Source: Botryllus schlosseri (taxonomy: Eukaryota). Taken from it: a DNA stretch of 64,000 bases. The stretch spans positions 1,550,001 through 1,614,000 of the forward strand of contig CM119372.1 of the NCBI GenBank assembly GCA_051294905.1, written 5' to 3'. Positions within the stretch are counted from its first letter, which is position 1; every line of letters begins with the position of its first letter. The notes under the pieces are model-generated. The model did not search any database. It had not been told where the DNA came from and was given only the letters and a program-made list of their open reading frames with translations. A program made the position numbers and the translations under genes. This document shows, in pieces, positions 36,248 through 48,200 of the stretch.

Positions 36248-39200
36248 ATGGATGAAAAGAAAGAGACCGTAGAAGGTTATTTATTCGATAATCCATTTCA
36301 ATTCCATTAAGCCCGAATGCATGGCAAAAAATTACCACAGGTCACGATAATTGCCGTTCGCTATATTCTCTGACCAATTTAAACCGCAAGAGGTTGGATA
36401 TTCAGTTATTATTGATCCCTAATGGAGTTATCATAGCTATGGGCAGTATGTCTTGACCCTATTCATCATCGCACCCCTTTGCATGGAAACACCAACCATT
36501 TGACGCCACCCCTTCTCTACCACATCATAGAAGTAGCATAGTTGCAATCGTACACATAATGGGTGAAGCCAGCATGACAGTTGAGAGTCACATAGATTTC
36601 AACAATAACATCAGGACATGGATCCCCAATGACGTCACAATTCCTGGCCTAGTCCTTTGCCAGTTCCAGCACCTTAAAAAGACAGCATTATGACTTGAGT
36701 TCTTGAATCGCAAAGAAAGTAAATGAATACAACTTAGTAATTTCACTGTGTAAGATATAGCCTATACTTCGCGTATATATCGGCACCTATACTATATTTT
36801 CAGGGTCATATGGATCATCCATAGATATGGCGGAAGTCAAGAAACGAAAGGGATGGGTGGTAGCACTGGTTGCATCAATTACGCTAGCGAGGATAAGTAA
36901 TGTGAGCCTCACACACTGGGCCTATATGCCATATATGATGCAATGTTATGATTGGTCAGGTCATGTCATGCTATCTATTCATGAAAATCCGACCAACTAG
37001 CCCGAACCAGAAGCTAATTCCTGAATCGATACATTAAGCGCGTATTTATCCACCTATACAAGGATTAATCGTATTTAATGTTAATTTTAAGTTTGAATCA
37101 TAGAAACCAAAACAGTATTCAATGAATTTATTGATGAAATCATTCCAGGAAACTCTCTGCGGGCCGATCAAAATAACGTCGTGGGCCGTATGTTGCCCGT
37201 CCCCACCCTTATGTAAACTCAATTATAAGATGAACTATGCAGTTTAGCAAAGTCGGTTGACAATAGATGCCTATCGACATCAACACTCAACAGCTATATG
37301 GAGCATTTACACTATTTCGCTTACCCGCAGTGTTCTTATCATCGCAGCAGACTTGGACAACCAGATAATTCTAGCTATTAAATCAGACTAATTAAAGCGA
37401 AATGATGACAATCCAATTCTATAATCCAATTTTGTTGATTGTTTTTATGCTCAAATTCCAGTTCTAATCTGATTTATATACTTTTCCTGAAAATGCTACA
37501 GAAGAACTGTATTGTGCGCAAGGAGCCAAGCTTGTTGTACATGCACTTGTACAAGTAGCCTACAGGCATGTGCTATTCTCGTGCTCATGAGAATAACTCC
37601 GATTTAATATGAGATGAACTTAATGAATTTCCAAGTTCTCGCGTGTTTACTAACCTTACTCCAATTCTAATCTAACTCGGAAAAACTGTGTTGCTCCAAT
37701 TCTAATTTTAATCTAATTTGGAACAGCTGAAAATTTTCAACCTGTCCAACTCTTCACAGGGCCTGTTCCTCTCAATTACTGGCCCCACTCTCTTGTTTCT
37801 GGCCGAAAACACAGACTCAAGCGTGTCGCAAGTGTCAAGCATGTTCAGTGGAAGGTCTGTTGGCATGTTAACTGGAGCGATATGTTTTGGAGCGGTTAGC
37901 AATCGCTTTCCAGACTACAAGCCGCTATTCACTTTGGGTAAGAATTCCTTGGACTCCTCAGATGTGCCTGATTTAAGCATCCGCGCACTTACGAACGTTG
38001 TGCATAGCTTATAAGTTTTGAAAACGTTGCCGTATACATTCAAGGTATCGGACTTGGAATACACGGAATTGTAATGATACTCACGCCATTTATGACATCA
38101 CTGGCGGGCCTTGTGACTATAACGATGGTCGGTGGTTTAATGTTCGGATACATCAACTCAGGTTTGATTGTGATTGTGATTACAGTGCATGCTATCTTGT
38201 TTTAAGGCAGAGGTCTCAAACACGCAGCCCGCGGACCGCGAGAACATTTTGTGCGGCCCGCGAAGGCATTTGGGAATTTCAAGTATTCGACAATATATTC
38301 CAGTGCCACATATCTTTTTCAGATATAAGAACTTGAAGTTCCACCTAAAACTGCTATAAAAACACTGAAATCTCAACAAACTACACTATCGCGTCACTTT
38401 TAAAAGCTACCATGCGGTAGAAGATCAGCTATTACGTCACATTTCTCGTTCATGATGATAAAACATGACCCGTTGATGATTCGTGACTGAAAATATTGTG
38501 ATTTGTTTTTTTGCGATCTTTGGTAAAATTACTCGATTTCAGATTGACTGGGTGGTTAAATAAAAAGGACTCGAGTTAAGTCGAGTCAAACGTTAAAATC
38601 GGAGAAGGACTTGCGACGCGGAACGGTGACTTGGCAATCCTACGGACGTAACAATCTATGAAACTGTGGCGGGGAATAGTAATATATCAAAAGGTGGTAG
38701 CTTGCGTTGCGTAGGGTATATATTGCTATCTAATCAGGTCAGTAGTGCAACCATTGGCAATATGTGACCCCCGTGATGTAAAGTAGGTTACATGCTAGGT
38801 GTTGTCTGATCTCTTTATCCATGTTATGATCGGTGGCGAGTAAGGTAGTAGTACGCTCAACAGCTGTAACACCAATGAATTCATGGGTGATTGGACATTT
38901 ATACTCTTAACCATGGTCCGTAGACCCCTTTGGGGTACGGAGCACCACACCGTGGGGTACGAGATGCATTGTGGAACTAGGCCTATATGCTGGGGAATAT
39001 TTTCTTGACCAATTTACTCAACTGGAAAATGGTCTTCGCGCTACGCGCGATTTTACGTGCATGGGCTTTCTAATTTTAATATAGGTGCAGTCAGAAATTG
39101 TGTTGAAAATGAACAGGGGCTACGAGAAATCTTATTGGAAGCACGAGGGGTACGATCGCTAAGGTTAAGAAACAATGCTATTACTATGGCTCAATAATGA

Positions 39201-42200
39201 TTATATTCAAGTTGTTATCGATATGTTCGAATAATAATCGAAGGCAAAATCTGAAGCTGATTTAATTTGACTTTGGCAATGACATAGTAGCAATCAGGGC
39301 CGTAACAGCACTTCACCAGCCCCCCCCCAAAACGTTGGTCTTGGGCCCCCCATATGATGATGAACCGAACTTCTGGGCGGCTTCGCCCCCAGACCCCCTC
39401 AGGCTATTCGCTATTTACCGCTACTTACATATCATCTACATTGAGGGCCGTTTAGTGGGTCAGCTTTTATAACCTAAACGAGCCAAGCGCGAAAATTTTC
39501 CATCATTCATGATTCAATCCGTCAATATGATCGGGAATTGCATATATGTTGCTATCAATTTTTATCCTCTCTGCTGACGTAATCAGATTTACAGGTAGAG
39601 CTGAGTGAGGTGTGTTTGAAAAGGTAGGATGCCTCAATATTATAATTAAACATCTTAGGGCGTATAGCCGTTGGCAGGAACGAAGCAGCACTTCCTCAGG
39701 CCCCGCAAAAAAAATCTTGGGTCTTGGACTCCCATAGGGTGATAAACCTACCCCACATCATCTTGTTCGCTCTTGCCAGGAAATGAGTGGTACTGTCGAG
39801 TGAGCCAGCGCGAGGCGCAAAATTTTTCGAAAATTCATGATAAAATCGGTGAATAAGATCGGGAATTGCAAATATAATGCTATCAACTTCTTGTGCTCTC
39901 TGCTCAGGTAATCAGATTTACCGGTAGAGCTGAGTGAGGTGTCTTGGAAACTGTAGGGCCCGTTGATATAAATCCTTAACAGGATGTTATTTCGTGATCT
40001 CCTGTCTGCTATATAAAAAAAATATATAGAATTGCCATAACGTAGGCTAGGAAACTGAAAAACGCACACGATTTCAAATTGGTATTTCTTTACTGGCATA
40101 TAATTTTTCCTTGCGGGATGGTATTTGTCTTTGTATTTGTAGGGTTCCGGTTTAAATCATTTTGCCTCTGATTAAAATCGATTTTAATCGAGTAATTAAT
40201 TCAAACCATGATTTTTTTGATTTTTTTGGTTTTTTTACTCATAATAACAACAACATGAAAAACAGAAAATGGGATGAATGACGACACTGTCAATCAAGGT
40301 GATGAAGGATAACGCTTAAACTTTCATAATGTGGGGCTGTGAATCATCATCCACATAGCTGTAAACGTTTAACCTGCGTGGTAATGATGGGTCGTTAGAA
40401 TCATTACTGATCCGTTCTAGTAGCGACGAAACATGTTGATTTATCTCGGGACCATCCATAATAGTTGCATCTTCATCTTGATTGATGGATTGGTCTCTGC
40501 CAGTAAACTGTTGATATTCACGAACTCTTTACTGCTTTGTTAGTACCATAGTCCATGAAGTGATCTTTCACTCGCAGCATTACTTCAAGATTTGCCTGTG
40601 GCAAGCAATCACGACTATTGTTTGCAGTTGCGGCCGCACATGACTGATGCCCCGCACAAGATGCAGCATGTGCAACGGCCGAAAGGCGAGTCTTGAAAGT
40701 TCTGGAGAACACCGGCATGATCCATCCAGAATAATGCTGGCTGATGAATTAGATATGGTACCGAAATACTCGATTCTTCTTCGAAAACTCCTAAAAATCG
40801 AGGGAAGATAAGAGACATTCGGTGTGTGTGGAGTATACACAATTATACTCACCAACTTTACAATCATAATCAATCCAATCCAGCGTTCGATTATAGGTTA
40901 CCAGCAGACCAATCATTGCATTATGGTTCCATCTTCGAAACAGAAACCAATCATTTTGCCAGGTCTCGAACAACTCTTTTGCGATTCATGTCCAATGTCC
41001 AAGCCACATACTCTAACTCATCTTTGACAACATCAGACTTTATAGTCCGCACAAAGAGCAATAGTCTTTTTAATCTCGAGCTTGAGCCACATCCAGCTTG
41101 ATAAGAAAAGGGCAGCAGAGGTATTGTCAAGAGATGGCTGCAAAAATGCAAGATTTTTAATTCAGACATGCGATTAGTCAAAAAAAGTTTTGAAACCACT
41201 GGTCGAAATCTTTTCTTTCTATATGTTTTGATGTCGCTATCAGTACTTAGTTATTCTATGTAATTGAAGCTTGCTTGTTTTGAGCACAGTATGCATGTTT
41301 AAGTCAAAAATCAAGTGCCATATTGCCTCTCTCTTTCTGAAGTAAAATTAAATGTAAATGGCAATCTCACGAGCTACCATATTTTTGGTTAACATATACA
41401 AGCGGGATTGTCCAATAGATGTTCGCCAATGGCAAAAGTTATGGCCTTTGATTGCTCAGCATAGAGCTTGAGGGGATGAGGCAAAGGTGAGATTTTCGTC
41501 GAACGTCGTGCGCATGTTCTGATAAATCTAGCCCTAGGGACATGCTATTTTACGGTATCCGTTCCTGTTTATCATCATTGGTTTATTAGCAATTTTATCA
41601 GTTCAATACACCACAAAAAATGCGATACAATGAAAAGACAGGAAGATGTCGAAGCGACAAGGAGTAGTCTTATGGAATCTGACACCCACCTTGGCCTAGG
41701 CGATGTAAAGAGGAGGCATGCACACTGAATGAAAGTAAAGAAGATAGTATAGAAAAAGAAAGCGACACACAGATTCGTTTCTATTTTAATCTATAACCAG
41801 TATTCAAGCAGCTATATAAATATGAATCACACATAATGACATGGTATCTTACTTGCACTTGTGTTCACATCCCACAGCCACACAGCTAGCTGGCCCATCG
41901 TTCCAACCCACAATAGCTGCAAACTACTTTTTGCAACGCTTAGGCATCAGAGATGAGGGAATCTTTCGATAGAGACTCCGGATTGCGATTCCTTTTCGGT
42001 ATCCCACGAGTGCCTCGGAAATAGCAGCAGCATGTCGTAGACAACTATCCACAGCACAAACGCTAACATATTGATTGACTATAGATTGACTACCGCTCTT
42101 TGCTCTTTTCCCGCCTGTCTGTCAAATAGCTGAACCATAACGGTGCCGGTGACGAAATACTGCGTCCGGTTTATATAAAACGCACATGATTGTCCAATAA

Positions 42201-45200
42201 TAGACCACATTCACGCATCTCGTCAGATAATTTGAAAAAATCGAAAAAATCAATAAAATCAAAATGGTGAAATTAAAATCAAAAATCAATGAAAAAAACC
42301 TGATTTAAATCACACTGATTTAAATCAGCCTGATTTAAACCAGAACCCTATGTATTTGTCGATATGCCCATTTCTATAAATCTTGCGTATTTTTTCTTGC
42401 GGAAAGAGTACCCAAAAATCAAGAGAATTGGCGACTTGAAATCGCGCAGGGCACGAAATTTTTTGAAAAAGTTTCATAAATTTTCGAAAAATACTCTATA
42501 ATTTATGCTAATTCACAAAATAATTTTGGGCCCCCTTCGAGCTCGGTCCCCCCCCCAATTGGAGGGTTTGGGGTGCGGCAGTTACGGGCCTGGTAACAAT
42601 AGCCTACTTATCACGACTATATCATAACCCGGATCAGGCTACACCGCTCAAATGCTCTGACATCAGATCAATCTTTAGTATATTTTAAAATATTCTACAT
42701 AAAATTGTGGCACGTCAAAGGTCCACTAGCTGCAATATTATAACCCGACAGTTTGACGATGTCATGAGCAATGCTCCCTCTAACTTTTGACGCATCTGCC
42801 CAGACTCACCAACTCACTGCGCAGACCCTTGCACAACAGTCCGTAACGACTAAAAAAAAGGTCATCACTTCGGATTTTTTTGTGCGCATCTTAGATTTTC
42901 TGTACGCAGATACCTTGTCAGCACTGCACATTTGCGCACGTGGCAGCTTAGAGGGAACATTGTTAATGATGCATCCTCTCGCATGATGTCTATAACTCAT
43001 TATTTGAATAAATAATGCCCGGCATAAAATCAATTTTATTCAAATATTTGAAAATATGATTTCTTTTCCGTGTCAAGCGTGAATAGTACAATAGTAAATT
43101 ACATATTTATGATGTTTCTGGAATGCCTGTCTTCAAGCTCCCGTCAAATAAGGCCTACTTGGAAATTTTGCGTTGAATATCCCTATTATTGTTGGTGAGG
43201 CCCGCGGCGTCATCAAAACTAAGAAATTGGCCCGCGAGCACAGTTGAGTTTGAGAGCTCTGTTTTAAGGCTAGGAAAAACCACCTATATTTATGCATTTC
43301 TTTGCCATTTCTTTCTCATCGTGGTTATGTCTTGTGCTGTATATGCAATAAACTCAGCGGCGATTGCTATAATCACGTGTCCTGAATAGGAACTGATATT
43401 TCGTTTCAAACTAACGCCTTTCAGTCTCAATTAAAAAGCCTTGAAATAATCTCCATTTGATTTTCTTCGAAAGGAAATTGCTGTCTCCTATCCAGTGTCC
43501 GCAGTGGCGGCTCGTCCTATAGGGCAACTGGGGCATTGCCCCACCTAAAATTCTCTTCAATGACAATTATTTACCATTTGTAGACGTACAGCAATCAATA
43601 TATACCGAAATCACAGCGAAACCCGCATTATTCTTGTGCTTTCTCTTGTAAATGCCCATACGTAGCGAAGTCTCCGCGAAAATCGAATCCTCTTCTGTGT
43701 TTTCGCTTTGTGAATGCCTAGCCGGGGCTTGCCCCGGTAGCGCTCATTACAAGCTTTCACTGTCTGTTCTCTCAAAGCAGCGCACAATAAAGAAACGGTG
43801 ATTTACTCTCTCCTATTCATAAAATTATCGAGCAAGTGGGGCAACCTTGCCTGGTTGCCCCTAAGGTGTGATGTAACAATCGTATCTATATCTGAACTCG
43901 GTTACCGTCATATGCGTTGAGTCGACCTTTGCTGGTATAGGTAGATTTTGACGATATTTCGCTCCATGATAATTGTTGAAACTTGGTATGTTATGTCATG
44001 AAGGTCGTATTTAACACTGCTCCAAGTTTCAGGATTGTTACTTAAAGTGTAGAGTAGTAATTTCGTTTCCAAAGTTGACTGTGTGCTGATCCGTTATTTA
44101 TCGCGAACAGATTTTACTCAAAAGCGGGTATTGGTCTCCGTTGGTTTTGATGATGTTTCATACCGAAATCGGTCATCACATTTGGCATGGTTAGTTGTGG
44201 TGTTAGTATCGAACTCCTTTCCAAGTTTTAAGTTTATCACTGAACTATGTGGGTGGTAATTCGGTTCCCTAAGTCGAGTGAGAGCTTACTCGCAATTTAT
44301 CACTAACAGATTTTACGCAAAACCGGTATCGGTCTCTATCGATTTTAACGATGCCTCCATACCTACATCGGCCTTGAGCTTTTGGACGGTATATCTTGAT
44401 TTCAGTATCGAACGCTGTGCCAAGTCCTGAGGTTAGCACTCAATGATCAGGGCAGTAATTTCGTTATCAAGGTCGCGTATGGTAGAGATGTATGCTGATC
44501 TGACACATAGGCCTAAGGCTGACTACGGCATTGCGGATTTCACGCAAAAGCCGGTGTTGGTCTGTGCTAATTTTAACTGTGTTTTTTACTGAGATAGGTG
44601 ATGAGATGATGATCTCATGAAACAGTTTACTAAGATTCTCGGTTTGCCTTCAAATATTCACTTTATCTTATATTCTCCAATGTCAATTTCACCGTGGAAT
44701 TTTGGCGTTCGAGCCATTTGCTGACAATCCCATGTCAAGCGCGTTAGCTAGTTCGTTTTCGATGACGGCTAACAGCTGATCAATTGTTCAGCCTATTCCT
44801 CAATATATTTTAAGCAAAATTCATTATTTTTACGCAAGATTCGGCCCTTATCAGCCTGGAAATTGTCCATTGATCTAATCGTACACGGGAGGAAAGCTCA
44901 CTCCTACCTTTTTCTCAACGTATTGCGATAAAAAATGAAAGGCTGAGGTATAAGCGAGGATAAGGGTGCCTTGTTATACACTCCTACACTGCTGGTGCCA
45001 AGCGACAGTGTCTCTAGTTCGACTGAAATTGGGTAACGTGATTTGAAGCATGTGGTCTACTGCAAACGGTGTCTCGATATTACCCGATGGTCGACAATGC
45101 TCGGCTCGAGTTGACTTGTTTATACTCCAATACATCTTTTCCCGAAGTAGTAACCGCTAGTGAACTATCAAAATTCCTATGGGTGAAAAATCGCTGTCTA

Positions 45201-48200
45201 TCAGCTTTACTGCAGTGATTAGGCTCGACGCGTTTTAAATGTGCTCACTGCTCACGATTCTCAACGCTCTCATTCTGGGTATTCCAGATTTCAATGAACT
45301 CGTGAACGTCATCAAAGATTTTGCAACCATGAAATCACGCCGCCCGCAAGAGGCCTACTGATACAAACGTTAAAATATGCAGAGATGAACTACTGTTCTT
45401 CATATTTCTGAAATAAGCAAGCCTTGTTAACCATACCTAATGTCTATATCCCATTCAAACTGCGTGTGACCACCACGAAGTCACATTTTCACGTTGGAAT
45501 ACACTATTGTGACATCAATAAGACAATTAAAATCGCGTACACCCCTTGCCCCACCACCCGATATTGCCACGAGCCGCCACTGAGTGTCCGCATTTTTACT
45601 ATTAGCGTATTTGATATAGTTGACAGTGCATATGAACCGATATTACTTGAGTAACGAGGAGTATCAATAAAATATGACATATTGCAGAAACTTACTGTTA
45701 TACCTTTGCTTTGTGAAGAGTCGTACTTTTTGCAAATATTCCTGACTGAGACTGTAAACAACATCATTTCGCAGGGTTACAAGCGGTTTATTTAAAGCTT
45801 TGGGGTCCAGAAAAATCGAGACCGTATCTCCAATCTGTTCACTTTGGATTCAGTATCGGCGCATTGCTCGCGCCCATTATCGGTAAGTCATCGCGATGTG
45901 TATAGTCGTCATGATGTTAACTACACTGATATTTACGGTGTTTCTATATGTCTATTGTTTGTGACGTCACATTATAACAGTTAAAGTGCGGCGGTTTAGC
46001 TTCTGGGCTAATCTGTGAAAGAACTGCTGGGATGCATCTCACCCACTGCATTAGAATTGAGAGTTTTAACGAAAGAGCTTTTTTCAGCAACTCCTTTCCT
46101 CGTGAAAGCAGACGCGTCACAGGAAGCAGGGACATCATGTCCAAACGAAGAAGACATTCTATTTACTACACCCCTCACCTTACTGAACGCGACAGAAGCA
46201 ACATCGCCACCTGGTGAGATCCGATGTTGAACTTATTAGCGAAGGGGCTCTGAAATTGCGGTCGAAGAACACTTTGAGGGCCTGCGAACTAGTTTTAGGG
46301 GGTCCTTCAGGAATGACGCTGTGAGTGAGACTTTACCTTATCATTATAATAACTATAGTTCAATTATTTTAGGCACGGAATAGCTTAAATAGAGTCGAGC
46401 ACGATGCGATCGCCTTTTCGTAGTCAGAGGTAACTTTCTAGACATAGCCTAAATCGAGATGAAGATCCTTTTTCTATAGTCATCGGTGTCTGAAAATCTG
46501 TGGGTACACGCAATCGCACACACAACATGAAAGGGCTCGCCGTCACAAGCGTTTAAGAACAGCTGAATTAAAGCACAGTGCTGCCCAACTATTCGCGAAT
46601 TGAATCGGAATCATAACTTAAGTTCAAATGTATCAGTGTCGACATTAAGCATGAATTTCTTAACTAAAGTTGTTTCGTAGTAAATTTCCGTGTCGCCATT
46701 TCTGTCATTTACAGAATCAATTTTATTCATAGGTCTAAATGAGCAAAACACTAGTAAGCCAATATGTAAAATAACTATGGATACGTGAAGGGATTCGAAT
46801 GGTAGGCAAATTTTAACCTATACACAGTTTTTCGAGTAAAGACTAGAATAATTGGATGAATATTACGCGCAGACACCCCTGATCACAGTGTTCATGGTAA
46901 TATATTATTTTTATTGCTGTAGTTACGGAGCAGATCAATCCAGTCAGTTGGAGCTTCATCATAATCGGGGTTTACACGATTTTCGCGTCACTGCTACTAT
47001 GTGGACTAGCCCTGTGCAAAATTGAGGAGAAAGTGGCTTCACACAACATCGAAAGAAAGGGTGAGACATTTTAGTGTGGCCAATTTGAAATCAGAGGTCT
47101 CACTTAACTCTTGCTGTCAGAATCTCGCCCCGAGGAACCGATTAAAGACCTTTGGATGTTCTTCATACCTCTGTGTTTCTTCTACTTCTGCCTCGTCTCT
47201 AGCGAAATGCTTTATCAAAGTTACATATTCTCTGTGTCACTTTGCTCAGAGTTGGAGTTCAGTGTAAGTAAGCATTATATAATTGGATAAGTGAAACTTC
47301 AGTCCGTGTTGTGAATTTTCTGATGCAACATTCGACTTTCTATGGGGACGCCTCGCTCAAATCTCAACTTTGTGCAATGTTACAATTAGGGCCGGGCAAA
47401 ATCGGATTCCCGAGTGATTCGATTCTGAATCGAGTATTCGGCAACATGTCGAATATTCGAGTATCACTGATTATGACGCCACAATATTAATGATGTAGAA
47501 AGTTAAAATATGTGCATTTTACGCTACCACAAGGAATACAATGCCCGTTATATAATATATTAGTGAGTATTTGATATTTTTTCGACTGTACCTACTTCAT
47601 TGCACATTGTGACAATGCTATGGCTTGATCATGACTTCGCAGTAGGGTTGTTCGAAAATAACTTTTTTTCCCGTGTCCCGTGGATTTACCGATTAAAATG
47701 TTAGGTCGCCGAAAAATGCTGCTTCCCAAATTTGGTGTTATTTGAGTTTTCAACCATAACTTTGGAATTTTCAACCGTATATGCTATTTTTGCAACTTCA
47801 AAACTTCAAAACGATAACTTCGCTCCTACGGCTTTGAATTCCATGTAATATATTTTGCGTCGTTTTGTAGACAGCTGAACAACTGAATTGGGTTGGCAGT
47901 AAAATTTGAAATTTTTTTATTTTATTTTTTATGGTAATTTCGAAAATTTTAATTGGCTCTGCGTCGGCATGCACTGGTTGAATAGAGCCAAATTTGGCGT
48001 GCAGCGTTTTTTTAGGCGACCTAACAATTTAATCGGTGAATCTCCGGGATCCGAAAAAAACAGTTATTTTTGAACAACCCTACTTCGCAGATACGTCATT
48101 TCAGTAACGTGTGTGGCTTTGTACTACTTGTTTCGTATACTGCGATACGCCCAATCGATGTCTACAGCTTTCAGCATTAGAATATGGTATCGAAACTATG

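Larger units (their letters stand above)
38208..43261. mobile_element. Charlie-like element (same family as 32072-33210) expanded by nested insertions
   Basis: CAGAGGTCTCAAAC...GTTTGAGAGCTCTG with TSD TTTTAAGG on both sides. Its first about 650 bp and last about 130 bp are colinear with 32072-33210. Confidence 0.9.

Noticed and set aside
40440..41230. Possible transposase relic in the 40140-42350 element
   Set aside because: Short broken frames with no motif I can identify confidently; a BLASTX search is needed.
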